Shown here one piece after another: positions 1-13,087 of a stretch of 64,000 bases of DNA (the stretch's first letter is position 1; each line of letters starts with the position of its first letter). A program made the translations under genes and the position numbers. The stretch covers positions 62,001-126,000 of the forward strand of contig NIVC01002790.1 in the NCBI GenBank assembly GCA_002269645.1. The letters run 5' to 3'. The notes beneath the pieces were generated by a model that saw only the letters and a program-made list of their open reading frames with translations, was not told where the DNA came from and made no database searches. The DNA comes from Macrostomum lignano (lineage: Eukaryota).

Positions 1-82
1 GCCAGAGTGGAGCAACTGTATACTGTATCGTATTTGTACATGTAAACTGATATAAATCTATGTGCGAATAAGTTAAAACTAG

Positions 83-2183
83 TGATGCAACCACGCGCTG
101 GTCGCCGGAGATGGCAAGGGAAATTTTTCGAAAGTACCTCCGATCTCCGTGCACCTCCTGAGCAGAGCCGTCGAGACTGGGCCAGGTCTCTGACCAGGCC
201 TGCTGACTCCCGCTCTGCTGCACCCCCTGCTGCCTCGGCTCCGTCTCCCACGCCGCCACGCATGCCTTTCCGGAGCCCCCTATCCCTCTCTGTACCTCAC
301 CTGCTACCCTATTTCCCAGGCGTTCTACCCTATCTATCATGTACTTTTCCCGCTTCCCATCTTTTTGTCTCTTTTTGCACTGTTTTCCTTCGCTGTCCCC
401 CTCTTCTGGTACCTACTGACAGTACTTTGTGCGCTCACCGTCTGCACCCCATCCCTTACTAAAACTCCCAAACGGTGACGCAAGTCTTGTGACCCCTCTT
501 TCCCCTCGATGACTCATCGATGACTCATCACCCTCTCTTGCGCAACCTTTTCTCATGCCATTGTTCTCCTCCCCAAATTTCTCATGCGACACCCACCCCA
601 TCTCCGCTTCTATTGTTCTCGTTTTTGATTCTTTTGTTCTCCTCTTCGCATCCATCATTGTCACATTTTCTCCTATGTTTACTTTTCTATTGTTCTCGGT
701 TCTCCCCAATTATCCCCGATTTCAATTTCCTTTGTTCTCGACCCCAGCCCCATTGTTCTCAATGTTTGCTTGCGCAACACGTTCGCGACATCCCGCAGCG
801 CCAATTATCCCCCACCCCACCTCCGGATTGCGCAATTTTCCCATTTCTCATGTTGCTATGCCGTTCTCATGCTTCTCATCATGACTCATTCTGACGTCAT
901 TTTGCCGGCAGCCGATCAGAGAGAGGGAGTCATGGAAACGACCTTTGGAGCGGCGGCTGGGAAGGCTATATAAGGAAGCGGTTTTCGGCATGGGAATCCT
1001 CAACTTTCGAGACTTCGGCTCTCCTCTGGTCCTTCTTTGGACTCGCTGTCAGACGTTGCTCTGACCCATTCGTCTATAGGACGAACCTCTGCCGGCCCGC
1101 GGTCTGTCACCGCCCAGCCTCTTCAGCATCGCCTGAACTACATCCGCGCCTCGTCGCTTCAGCGCACCGCCGCCTCACAGTCTGCCTGTCCGCAGCCAGC
1201 AGCCGCCCACGGTCACTCCATCGCTCTCTCTCTCTCTCTCTCTCCGTGCAGCCGCCGGTGAGTTCCTGTTACTAATTTGTGCTCTAATTGCCTTTGCTTA
1301 TCCGGGGTTTGCTTATTTCCCATTGCTTGATTAGAGGGCTGAGCCAATTGTGATACCGTATCTTTTGCTGTATTTTATTCAATAGTGAAGCCGCCTAATT
1401 GCCTGATTACTTTGCCTAAGGGCCTAATCGTTAACTATTACTAAACTCCTCATTATTCACTCTTTCACCATCATTTCATTCATGGCTTGCTGAGCCTTCT
1501 CCCTGGGTGGCAAAGCATAAGGAAGTTTGTGTAAGCTAATGGCCTCTCCCCGTGCAAAGCCCGCCTGTGTGTGCGTGCTGCGGGTCCTTAGAGGGAATTA
1601 GCGGGTCTTGGCACAGAATGGCACTAGGAAGGTTGCAACCCCATGCTGACGCGTCCCTTCGCCCTGAGCAATCTAAACTATAGACAGTACATGTTCATCT
1701 CATACTACTCTTAGTAATCGAAGTCGCAAGTCAGCCTCGCTCACAGCCACAAAGGATCCCCTGCTGAGAAATCCTCCAGATTGAGCCCAGAGTTCCCAAT
1801 CATGCCCCAAGCAGAGTCCCTGTACTCGGCTGCATGTTTCTCCCCTGTTAGCCTAATTCCCCTGGTAACCAATCCAGGCGGGGCTCTAGCCTCGAGAGGT
1901 CTGGTACTAAGATCCAGGTGCGCCAGGTCACACAGAGTGGTGGCAGCCACTCGGTCATGCTGTGACCAATTATTGCACCTTGGCTACAGGTGGGGTCCAT
2001 GTGGGTCCTTGGCCCTCTGGTCACAAAAGCGCTACCAAAGCTATCAATCATGTGGGCGGGACAGTCTGGTGCTGGAGGTCCGTCAGGTCATTGCCCGGTC
2101 ATAGGCAGCCTACGGTCATTGCCCCCTCTAGTCATGCGTTCGCCTCCCCACGGAGCGGACGGGCGACAAGGGCGGTTACATCA
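83..2183 (+). mobile_element. Probable solo LTR (~2.1 kb) of an LTR retrotransposon
   Basis: Begins TGATGCAACC (83) and ends GGTTACATCA (2183), giving TG...CA ends with a 9/10 inverted match. Flanked by a direct 4-bp repeat CTAG (79-82, 2184-2187). Contains TGACTCA x3, TGACGTCA and TATATAA (967-973), and no credible coding frame. No matching 8-bp TSD was found for the hAT alternative. Confidence 0.6.
510..973 (+). promoter_or_regulatory. U3-like promoter in the solo LTR: AP-1 sites, CRE and TATA box
   Basis: TGACTCA at 510-516, 521-527 and 882-888; TGACGTCA at 892-899; TATATAA at 967-973. A consensus donor CCG|GTGAGT follows, with GT at 1258-1259. Confidence 0.5.
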
Positions 2184-3292
2184 CTAGACAATAACTCGCC
2201 ATTTCGGCACTTCTTAAAAATATTCATTTCCTTGGAAGTATCCCTTTTTAGAGAGATTTCTAAGAAACAGTCTTATACTGTGTGCTAATATTTAGAATGA
2301 GAATAATTATAAAAATGGGATTAAACATGAACATAAAATGAGAATTCCAAGCAACATTCTTAGAATCATTCACTTTCTTTGGAATATTTATTTTCTTAAA
2401 TATATTAAATTTCTTAGAAGTCACTTTCTTAGAAATATCCACTTTCTTAGAAATAACTTTCTTAGAAATATCCACTTCCTATCTCAACTACAGGAACCGG
2501 GCATCAGCAGCAGTGATATGGGCTACAAATTGTATCACTTCGAAAGCTGCCAAAAGCATGCAGGAAACACGAAAGAAAACACGTTATTGCACTCTAGAAA
2601 AAGCAGAAAATATCGATACTACTAGCAGCTCGTGCCAGCGAAGCCAGCAAATTGTAGCTTTTGGTTAATGCGTGTGATGTACCAACTCGAAGGCGACGGT
2701 CGACCGCCAGCACAACAAGGAGGCAAGCAAAAGCAGTCAGGCCAATTCCGCTATTCACGATCACACAGGGTGTACAGCGGTCCTGACTTTCCTATCGTCA
2801 GGCATGTACAGTACACTCTCTGTGCCGCACTAAGTTGATGCTTTGAACTGTTAAAACTGAATTAGAGTGTAGCTTTTCTGACTAAAAAAGCAACGAAAAG
2901 CAGAAAATCTGTACCAGCAAAACTTGAAAGTGCACGATATAAAGGCAGTCCGGCAGCTTGTGTGGTCCTTGTGCAGTCGAGTACGTAGCTACACACCCGA
3001 TGAAACCAAATAACTGCATTTTGCACGCGTTTGCCAAATTTGGCCACAACGGATAAAAAAGCCAGTAGGAAAATAAGCAGTCTGCAGGTAGCTCTCTCTA
3101 CAGTCTGCGTTTTCTTCAATGACCATCCTCCGAGCCTTAGAACACCTGTTGTAAATAACAATTGGCTAGTTCCTAGGCTGTAATCCAGTTTGCGAGCTAT
3201 ATAGAAGCTTATTAGCAGGTTTAAAAAAAAACAAAATTACCTTCGAAGGAAGCACTGTATATATATCAAGTTGGATATCATGCTGGCGCCTC

Positions 3293-3841
3293 TGGTGCTA
3301 AAGCTCCTGGTGCTAAAGCTCCTGGTGCTAAAGCTCCTAACATAACATTTCCTGGTGCTAAAGCTCCTAACATAACATTTCCTGGTGCTAAAGCTCCTAA
3401 CATAACATTTCCTGGTGCTAAAGCTCCTAACATAATATTTCCTGGTGCTAAAGCCCCTGGTGCTAAAGCCCCTGGTGCTAAAGCCCCTGGTGCTAAAGCC
3501 CCTGGTGCTAAAGCCCCTGGTGCTAAAGCCCCTGGTGCTAAAGCCCCTTGGTGCTAAAGCCCCTTGGTGCTAAAGCCCCTGGTGCTAAAGCCCCTTGGTG
3601 CTAAAGCCCCTTGGTGCTAAAGCCCCTTGGTGCTAAAGCCCCTTGGTGCTAAAGCCCCCTGGTGCTAAAGCCCCTTGGTGCTAAAGCCCCTTGGTGCTAA
3701 AGCCCCTTGGTGCTAAAGCCCCCTGGTGCTAAAGCCCCTTGGTGCTAAAGCCCCTTGGTGCTAAAGCTCCCTGGTGCTAAAGCCCCTTGGTGCTAAAGCC
3801 CCCTGGTGCTAAAGCCCCTTGGTGCTAAAGCCCCTTGGTGC
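3293..3841. repeat. Minisatellite, 15-16-bp unit GGTGCTAAAGCCCC(T)T
   Basis: Direct reading of tandem copies; a few longer units carry CTAACATAACATTT inserts. Confidence 0.95.
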
Positions 3842-4442
3842 CCCTGAGTTACGAAAACCGTAGTAACAATATGGCATAAAACATCATTGATGCGCAAACT
3901 GAACAGCCTTATAATTAGTGCCCCCAAAAAATTATTGCCATTCCGAATTCTCGTTCAAATAATGCTCCTTCTGACCAACTGCGGATCGTAAAGACTTTCT
4001 AGGAGCATTTCTTTCTTTCCTGCGCCATGCCCTGCGGCAGGTTTCTGTTCCACCGTGGAAAGTTCCTATTCGTCTGCTGCACTTTTCACGCCCGCAGATC
4101 CGTCGGAGTCGTGACCGTGGCGCGGATTGTGCGATGGGCACGTCTGGGAGTTGCACATTGAATCTGCTTTGTAATGGATGGATCAGATTCTTGTAGAGGT
4201 TTTTCGGGTTTTTCGGGGCTTGGGGAAGCATTCCAGGAACTCGAACCCCGAACTTTACCCCCAAGATTTTTTAAAGGTATTTAGAGAAACAAAATTTGAG
4301 TTTTAGTCAAACTTGAAATCACGACCGCAGAGAGTTCGCAGAGTTGTTGTTTTACTTAGCGCTAAATGGAGTTTGGCCATAGACAAATCCGGTCGAGATA
4401 ACCCGGAGCTTTGCTTGCCTGCCTGTCTTGGGCAGAATTTCA

Positions 4443-5375
4443 GTGTCTCTTGGTGGGCGCCCCTTTCTCTTGGTGGGCGCCCCTGTCTCTTGGTGGGCAC
4501 CCCTGTCTCTTGGTGGGCGCCCCTGTCTCTTGGTGGGCACCCCTGTCTCTTGGTGGGCACCCCTGTCTCTTGGTGGGCGCCCCTGTCTCTTGGTGGGCGC
4601 CCCTGTCTCTTGGTGGGCGCCCCTGTCTCTTGGTGGGCGCCCCTGTCTCTTGGTGGGCACCCCTGTCTCTTGGTGGTCGCCCCTGCCTCTTGGTGGGCAC
4701 CCCTGTCTCTTGGTGGTCGCCCCTGTCTCTTGGCTGGCCCCCTGTCTCTTGGCTGGCCCCCTGTCTCTTGGTGGGTCCCCTGTTTCTTGGTGGGCCCCCT
4801 GTCTCTTGGTGGGCCCCCTGTCTCTTGGTAGGCGCTCCTGTCTCTTGCTAGGTGCCGCTGTCTCTTGTTAGGCGCCCGTCTCTTGATAGGCGCCCCTGTC
4901 TCTTGGTGGGCGCCCCTGTCTCTTGGTGGGCGCCCCTGTCTCTTGGTGGGCGCCCCTGTCTCTTGGTGGGCGCCCCTGTCTCTTGGTGGGCGCCCCTGTC
5001 TCTTGGTGGGCGCCCCTGTCTCTTGGTGGGCACCCCTGTCTCTTGGTGGGCACCCCTGTCTCTTGGTGGTCGCCCCTGCCTCTTGGTGGGCACCCCTGTC
5101 TCTTGGTGGTCGCCCCTGTCTCTTGGCTGGCCCCCTGTCTCTTGGCTGGCCCCCTGTCTCTTGGTGGGTCCCCTGTCTCTTGGTGGGCCCCCCTGTCTCT
5201 TGGTGGGTCCCCTGTTTCTTGGTGGGCCCCCCTGTCTCTTGGTGGGCCCCCTGTCTCTTGGTAGGCGCTCCTGTCTCTTGCTAGGTGCCGCTGTCTCTTG
5301 TTAGGCGCCCGTCTCTTGATAGGCGCCCCTGTCTCTTGGTGGGCGCCCCTGTCTCTTGGTGGGCGCCCCTGTCTC
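4443..5375. repeat. Minisatellite, 20-bp unit CCCTGTCTCTTGGTGGGCG(C), with a ~430-bp higher-order duplication
   Basis: Tandem copies. A diagnostic variant block (GGTAGGCGCTCCTG...GATAGGCGCCCC) recurs at ~4828 and ~5261. Confidence 0.95.
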
Positions 5376-6039
5376 TGCAATTAGCCTTTCAATTTACAAA
5401 ATTTCTCAAAGAATTATATAACATAAGGCTTTGCTTTCTTTCAAATTGAAACAGCATACCTGTGATGAATTAAAAAAATTTACCAGACTATCACCCAAGC
5501 AAAGAATTGCATTAATTTGCAAAATATTTTCCGCAATTTGTTTCTATAGCCATCCTTTTTCCAGATCGCATTACACTTCGGGAATCTATAGGCTACTTGT
5601 AAATACTCTAAGCAACTAATTATGAGCTGGAGAACTGGAATCCGACATAGTTAAAAAAATTAATGTTTACCAAGCGCACATTGGTAAACATTAGATGAAG
5701 TTGCTGTTAATGCCACTTACTAATGGCACCTTACTGGCTATTAGAATCAATTAGGCATCCATCTATCGATAAAAAAGAACTTAGTTGGGCTGCCTTGATT
5801 GGCAAATGCATATTTAGTATCTGTGACTGGGTGACTTGTGAATCTGCCTTGACGCGAATTACTTATTTATTTACAAAATTTCTGGATTGCACTTTATCTA
5901 ATTCTTATCAGCTCGCAACTCGTCAGCGACCCGTGAGGACTGCGGTACATCTTGGCTCCTGAACTCTAACTCTGCTCCCGTAACTGCTCTGCTTCTTTCA
6001 CTGGACTCTACTCTAGTGTACTCTATTCTACCATCTAGT

Positions 6040-6370
6040 CTACTCTTTTCTCCGTCTCTACTCTACAATCTACTCTACTCTCCTCCGTATCTACTCTACA
6101 ATCTACTCTACCCTCCTCCGTCTCTACTCTACCCTCCTCCGTCTCTACTCTACCCTCCTCCATCTCTACTCTACCATCTACTCTACCCTCCTCCGTCTCT
6201 ACTCTACCCTCCTCCGTCTCTACTCTACCCTCCTCCATCTCTACTCTACCATCTACTCTACCCTCCTCCGTCTCTACTCTACCATCTACTCTACCCTCCT
6301 CCGTCTCTACTCTACCATCTACTCTGCTCTCCTCCGTTTTTGGTCTACCATCTGCTCTACTCACTCCTTC
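6040..6370. repeat. Minisatellite, ~21-bp unit CTACTCTACCCTCCTCCGTCT
   Basis: Tandem copies read directly. Confidence 0.9.
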
Positions 6371-7000
6371 TACCTTAGCTCTACAATTGTTTACAGTACC
6401 ATATTTTATCTACTCTACCTTACTCTCATCTCTTTCTACTTCTATCATCTGCTTCTCTCTCTATAGGCACCACTGCTTGCTACTCGCAAATATATTTTCT
6501 ATCAAAAAAATTCGGCAATAAATTTCCAACAAAATCTCCGCAAATTTCATCGCAAAGTTTTTGCGCCGGACTCGAGAGCCCCTGATCTTATCGCCTCTAC
6601 ACGGCTGACTCCTTCAACGCCTATAGACCATTAGTTCAATCCGATGCCTTCTATTGGATAAGACCCTCTTCCCCAAATCTCGACCTCCCCACCCCATAGC
6701 AACCGTTTCGCTTATGGGGAAGAGGGAGAGAGAGATAAAACTGCTTGAATATCGGGCGCATGCATGCAGAACCCCAGACGCGGCAGCACACTCGAGAACA
6801 CCACTGTGCGATAACGCCAGACTAACGACAGCTTTGATAAATAAAAGTCAAACCACGACTGGAAAATCTCGTTTTGGTTTTATTGTTTCAGATATCCCAT
6901 TAATCTGATAAATACTTGGTTTCACGGGTGAGTTTCTCATGCTTGACTGTGCTGTCGGCTGCATCTGAGAGCAGAGAGAGTGCGAACTGTAAACAGAAGA

Positions 7001-7985
7001 AGCGGGGGAGAAAGAGAGGTGGAGAAAGAGAGGCGGAGAAAGAGAGGCGGAGAAAGAGAGGTGGAGAAAGAGAGGTGGAGAAAGAGAGGCGGAGAAAGAG
7101 AGGTGGAGAAAGAGAGGTGGAGAAAGAGAGGTGGAGAAAGAGAGGCGGAGAAAGAGAGGCGGAGAAAGAGAGGCGGAGAAAGAGAGGTAGAGAAAGAAAG
7201 GTGGAGAAAGAGAGGCGGAGAAAGAGAGGTGGAGAAAGAGAGGTGGAGAAAGAGAGGCGGAGAAGGAGAGGCGGAGAAAGAGAGGTGGAGAAAGAGAGGT
7301 GGAGAAAGAGAGGTGGAGAAAGAGAGGTGGAGAAAGAGAGGTGGAGAAAGAGAGGTGGAGAAAGAGAGGTGGAGAAAGAGAGGTGGAGAAAGAGAGGCGG
7401 ATAGAGAAAGAGAGGCGGAGAAAGAGAGGTAGAGAAAGAGAGGCGGAGAAAGAGAGGTAGAGAAAGAGAGGTAGAGAAAGAGAGGTGGAGAAAGAGAGGT
7501 GGAGAAAGAGAGGCGGAGAAAGAGAGGTGGAGAAAGAGGCGGAGAAAGAGAGGCGGAGAAAGAGAGGTAGAGAAAGAGAGGTGGAGAAAGAGAGGTGGAG
7601 AAAGAGAGGCGGAGAAAGAGAGGTGGAGAAAGAGAGGCGGAGAAAGAGAGGTAGAGAAAGAGAGGTGGAGAAAGAGAGGCGGAGAAAGAGAGGTGGAGAA
7701 GGAGAGGTGGAGAAAGAGAGGCGGATAGAGAAAGAGAGGCGGAGAAAGAGAGGCGGAGAAAGAGAGGTAGAGAAAGAGAGGCGGAGAAAGAGAGGTGGAG
7801 AAAGAGAGGCGGAGAAAGAGAGGTGGAGAAAGAGAGGTGGAGAAAGAGAGGTGGAGAAAGAGAGGCGGAGAAAGAGAGGCGGAGAAAGAGAGGCGGAGAA
7901 AGAGAGGCGGAGAAAGAGAGGCGGAGAAAGAGAGGCGGAGAAAGAGAGGCGGAGAAAGAGAGGCGGAGAAAGAGAGGCAGAGAAA
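7001..7985. repeat. Purine-rich minisatellite, 14-bp unit GGAGAAAGAGAGG(C/T)
   Basis: Tandem copies; explains the periodic ORFs on both strands. Confidence 0.95.
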
Positions 7986-8721
7986 GGCAGTGGAGAGTGC
8001 CATAGTCATAGCTGTCATATTGGGAAACGAGCATTAGGATAAAAAAGTTGCAGCAAAATATTGTCAACTTTGTTTCGTGTCAACTTTTCTGCTTTTTGCA
8101 AGTATGATTAAAACTGCATGCTTTCGAGAGCAAGGTCACCTCTTATTGCCATTCAAATTGATTTATTGAACTTGACAGCTGATGATTGCAAGACCAGCTA
8201 TAATTTGCTGTCGAGATAAAAATTCATGTTACAATATAATTTTATTTTTCGACTTTCATCTTATTTCTAATGAAAACGCCAAGCTGTCTCAGGCACAGGA
8301 ACTTGCTTTTTATGTTAAAGCAGTTTTTTAGCTTTTATAACTGAGTTTGACCTAATAATATAGTAAAGAAATTATCAACATTCAACTCCATCTGAGGGGA
8401 ATTAGGAAATCTATAAATCCGGTGGCAACAGACACATAATTTGATATTGTTATAAAGTTATGACGCCTGATAGTTGAGATCATTGACTAAATAATAATAG
8501 GGCGGAAAATAAATGAGAGAGCTTGTTTTGAGAATATTTTCGGCGGTAAATAATCTTCATGACTCAGGGGGTAAATTAATGTACTTAAAATTGTAGGGGA
8601 TAAAGGGCATAATCATAAAGTTGAGATGAGAGGAAATTTCTGTTAACAATGTTCAAAACAGATGTTCCAGCTGGTTAAGAGGGAAAATGGAAGTTGAAAA
8701 ATTGCTTTACCGAGGACTAGA

Positions 8722-9735
8722 ATAGAGGGGAGAGAGGGGACAGAGGGTAAATAGGAGAAAGAGGGAAGAGAGGAGAGGGTAAATAGGAGAAAGAGGGAAG
8801 AAAGGGGAGGGTAAATAGGAGAAAGAGGGAAGAGAGGGGAGGGTAAATAGGAGAAAGAGGGAAGAGAGGGGAGGGTAAATAGGAGGAAGAGGGAAGAGAG
8901 GGGAGGGTAAATAGGAGAAAGAGGGAAGAGAGGGGAGGGTAAATAGGAGAAAGAGGGAAGAGAGGGGAGGGTAAATAGGAGAAAGAGGGAAGAGAGGGGA
9001 GGGTAAATAGGAGGAAGAGGGAAGAGAGGGGAGGGTGAATAGGAGAAAGAGGGAAGAAAGGGGAGGGTAAATAGGAGGAAGAGGGAAGAGAGGGGAGGGT
9101 AAATAGGAGAAAGAGGGAAGAGAGGGGAGGGTAAATAGGAGAAAGAGGGAAGAGAGGGGAGGGTAAATAGGAGGAAGAGGGAAGAGAGGGGAGGGTAAAT
9201 AGGAGAAAGAGGGAAGAGAGGGGAGGGTAAATAGGAGAAAGAGGGAAGAGAGGGGAGGGTAAATAGGAGAAAGAGGGAAGAGAGGGAGGGTAAATAGGAG
9301 GAAGAGGGAAGAGAGGGGAGGGTAAATAGGAGAAAGAGGGAAGAGAGGGGAGGGTGAATAGGAGAAAGAGGGAAGAGAGGGGAGGGTAAATAGGAGGAAG
9401 AGGAAAGAGAGGGGAGGGTAAATAGGAGAAAGAGGGAAGAGAGGGGAGGGTAAATAGGAGGAAGAGGGAAGAGAGGGGAGGGTAAATAGGAGGAAGAGGG
9501 AAGAGAGGGGAGGGTGAATAGGAGAAAGAGGGAAGAGAGGGGAGGGTAAATAGGAGAAAGAGGGAAGAGAGGGGAGGGTAAATAGGAGGAAGAGGGAAGA
9601 GAGGGGAGGGTAAATAGGAGGAAGAGGGAAGAGAGGGGAGGGTAAATAGGAGGAAGAGGGAAGAGAGGGGAGGGTAAATAGGAGAAAGAGGGAAGAGAGG
9701 GGAGGGTAAATAGGAGGAAGAGGGAAGAGAGAGGG
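8722..9735. repeat. Purine-rich minisatellite, 32-bp unit GAGGGTAAATAGGAGAAAGAGGGAAGAGAGGG
   Basis: About 30 tandem copies read directly. Confidence 0.95.
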
Positions 9736-10419
9736 CACAGAGGGGAGAGAGGGGACAGAGGGGTTAGAGGGTAAAGAGAGGAAAGATGGGTAGAGGGTAA
9801 AGAGGGGACAGATGGGAAAGAGGGTAAAGAGGGGACAGAGGAGAGAGGGGGTATAGTGGGAAGAGAGGACACACAGGGGAGAAAGGGGAGCTGGAAAAGC
9901 AGGGAGATGGCGAGAAGGCAGTGAAATGCCCAGAGTCAAAGCGCGGGGGGGCATTAAACCCAATCCATTCTGCAGCAAAAGCAGCAGCAAATTACAAGTC
10001 AATAAACGCGGCCATAAAGTTAATGCCTAGAGTCAAGAATGATCTTTCAGGATGCGAGACGCAACGCAGACTGATAAGCTTTTATCTTGAAGTAACAAGA
10101 TTTAATGCCAGGTTTCTATGCACAGTTCAGTAGGGAGGAATCCGCATTAGCATCAGAGGATGGCTGTTGCCCATCTGACAAAATAGCAGATGCAGTGTGG
10201 CCTAAAAGATGGGCAGTCGATTGTTCTGCACAGATTTTCAGCGACATTGGCGCCTGGCGCAATGGGCACAGATCCGCGATTTGATGCAGGGAAGCACAGA
10301 GGATTTTGCCTATTATTGAAATTCAAAACACGATCACTGAGACGGACGCGGCGCTCCTGAAATATTCAAGACCTGCGTGTCTGCAGTCACGAGGCTCTTC
10401 TAAGTCATACATCTAATTC

Positions 10420-10930
10420 GAATTCCTAATCTCCCTCTCTGTCTCATCCAAAATCGCACTCAATGTCTCATTCCTGATCTCACTCCCTGTTCTCACCTCT
10501 AATCTCCCTGTCTCACCCCTAATCTCTCTCTCAGTCTCATCCAAAATCGGAGTCAATGTCTCATTCCTAATCTCAGTCACTGTCTCACCCTTAATCTCAC
10601 TCCCTGTCTCACCCCTAATCTCACTCCCTGTCACAGCCCTAATCTTACTCCCTGTCACAGCCCTAATCTCACTCAATGTCTCATTTTTAATCTCACTCCC
10701 TGTCTCACCACTAGTCTCACTCCCTGTCTTATTTCTTATCTCACTCCCTGTCTCACCACTAATCTCACTCCCTGTCTCATTCTTAATCTCACTCCCTGTC
10801 TCATCCGTAATCTCACTCCCTGTCTCATCCGTAATCTCACCCCTGTCTCATTCTAATCTCACTCCCTGTCTCACCCCTAATCTCAGTCCCTGTCTCACCC
10901 CTAATCTCACTCCCTGTCTCAGCACTAGTC
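10420..10930. repeat. Minisatellite, ~24-bp unit AATCTCACTCCCTGTCTCACCCCT
   Basis: Tandem degenerate copies. Confidence 0.9.
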
Positions 10931-11339
10931 TAACTTTAAGACTCCGGCTTTCCTCCTAACAGAAGCTTTCTGCCTCAAGTTCTATTGACATTTTGCGAGC
11001 CAACACAATAGACTGGATCATTATCGCAACTGAATGCCCCCCACTCAGTCGCTGCCGGTACATCTCCAGCCCTCTCCTCTTAACACCTTGGCTGTCTCGA
11101 CTCCTGGAACAGCCCGATAATGTTCGCATTCATTCGGCTTATTGTGTTTCAACTTGCATGAGGGCCACGACCTGCATTTTTGTGAACAGGTAGCACCTGT
11201 CGCTGTTAGGGCTGTGGATTTATGGCTCAATAATAAGTAGAAATATGCGCATGTCTTCAAACTATAAAATAGTGGGTCTGCTATCTATGAACAATGGGTT
11301 AGAAATGAAGCGGACAATGATATAGACAGATTTAGACGA

Positions 11340-11660
11340 TGAGAGTGGAAATGAGAAAGTGAGACTGAGACTGGGAGATAGATTGGCAGTGACAGAGTCA
11401 GAAATTGAGAGGGAGACTAAGAGTGAGAGTGAAAGACTGAGAGTGAGACTGGGAGCGAGAAAGTGAGACTGAGAGTAAGACTGAGTGAAATTAAGAGACT
11501 GAGAGTGAGAGTGAGAGTGAAAGAGTGAGACTAAGAGTGAGACCAAGTGAGATTGAGAGAGCGAGACTGAGAGTGAGAGTGAGAGAGTGAGACTGAGAGT
11601 GAGACTGAGAGTGAGACTGAGAGTGAGAAGACTGAGACTGAGACTGAGACTGAGACTGAG
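11340..11660. repeat. Degenerate 6/12-bp repeat (GAGACT/GAGAGT)n
   Basis: Read directly. Confidence 0.8.
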
Positions 11661-11919
11661 ACGGAGTCAGAGGCCAGCAGAAATGAGGCCGTACTCAAAA
11701 GGGAGCTGAAAAATGCGGCACAAGAAAGCCCTCCACCTTTCATTCCCATTTAAACTCCTAGTTTTTTCTCCGGCCTTTAAAGTTCCTCATCAAAGTTCGG
11801 TGTTGAATTTCCCTTGAAATACTTGGTTGCTGCTGGGGTCGAGTTACTGGTCTCGTTCTCTGGTGCTATGGCAACTGCGGTTTGTTGGATAATGTGTTAA
11901 TAACTGCGGAAACAAATCA

Positions 11920-12617
11920 CATAGAATCCCAATACAAATCCCATAGACCATACGAATCCCATAGACCATACAAATCCCGTAGAATCCCATAAAAAGCCCA
12001 CAGAATCCCGTACAATCCCAAAAAAATCCCAAAGAATCTCATAAAAATCCCACAGAATCCCATAAAAAGCCCACAAAATCCCGTAGAATCCCTAAAAATC
12101 GCACAGAATCCCGTAGAATCCCACAGAATCCCACAGAATCCCATAAAAAGCCCACAGAATCCCGTAGAATCCCATAAAAAGCCCACAGAATCCCGTACAA
12201 TCCCAAAAAAATCCCAAAGAATCTCATAAAAATCCCACAGAATCCCGTAGAATCCCATAAAAATCCCACAGAATCCCGTTGAATCAAAATTCCACAGAAT
12301 CCCACAGAATCACATAGTATCCCTAAAAATCCCACAGAATCCTGTAGAATCCCCAAAAATTCCACAGAATCCTGTAGAATCCCTAAAAATCCCACAGAAT
12401 CCCGTAGAATCCCTAAAAATCCCACAGAATCCCGTAGAATCCCTAAAAATCCCACAGAATCCCGTAGAATCCCTAAAAATCCCACAGAATCCCACAGAAT
12501 CCCATAAAAAGCCCACAGAATCCCGTAGAATCCCATATAAATCACACAAAATCTCGTAGAATCCCTAAAAATTCCACAGAATCCCGTAGAATTCCTAAAA
12601 ATCCCACAGAGTCCCAA
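11920..12617. repeat. Minisatellite of ~10-bp subunits AGAATCCC(AC/GT/AT), just upstream of the GPCR first coding exon
   Basis: Tandem copies with a 10/30-bp period. Confidence 0.9.
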
Positions 12618-12694
12618 CTAGATATCCCAGAGACGAGCACAGCCTTACATACATAAGCCGCTATCGAATCCCGCAGGACTCACCGACCGGCGCA

Positions 12695-13055
12695 ATGTCC
12701 ACCGCAGAGCCTCCAAGCATGCGCTGCAACACCCCGTGCGCCTGCGAGCTTCGCCTGCCAGCAGGCCTCTCCGCTCCCTACCAGCTGACATTTCGCGGCG
12801 AAAACCGTCTGGTGAACTTTTCCACCTCTGACTCGGCCTGCACTCTCGGACACGAGATTCCGGCCAACACCTCTTGGCAAGACCGGACTAACCAGGATGT
12901 TGTCAAGGTGTTGCTAAACACCTATATGGCTCCGCCGGTGATTGTTATCACCCTGGTAACCAATCTGCTCATCTGCATTGTGCTCACCAGGAAGCACATG
13001 GTCAGCCCTACTAATATTATTCTGCTGTCGATGGCCCTGGCTGATATGCTGACGG
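12695..13055 (+). CDS. Sex peptide / MIP (allatostatin-B) receptor-like class A GPCR, coding exon 1 (N-terminus, TM1, start of TM2)
   Basis: Encodes VLTRKHMVSPTNIILLSMALADMLTG, matching the SPR-family TM1-TM2 pattern (VLSRRHMxTPTNxVLxxMAxxDMLT). N-glycosylation sequons NFS and NTS. Donor G|GTGAGT at 13056 in phase 1; an upstream acceptor CCCGCAG ends at 12676. Confidence 0.9.
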
Positions 13056-13087
13056 GTGAGTATGCGGCAGCGCTGGGGTGGGGTTGG

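Noticed and set aside
80-2186. hAT DNA transposon reading of the first element (TAGTGATG...CATCACTA ends)
   Set aside because: The flanking 8-mers (GTTAAAAC vs GACAATAA) do not match. TG...CA with a CTAG duplication fits better, although CTAG is palindromic so some ambiguity remains.
2760-2790. 15-bp exact match TCACACAGGGTGTAC plus a weak extension shared with ~63245-63285 (minus strand)
   Set aside because: A match this short is expected by chance in 64 kb, and no larger homology was seen.
10420-11660. CTCACT-rich and GAGAGT-rich arrays in opposite orientation as a second foldback
   Set aside because: The unit lengths differ (24 vs 6/12 bp) and the similarity is limited to short low-complexity words.
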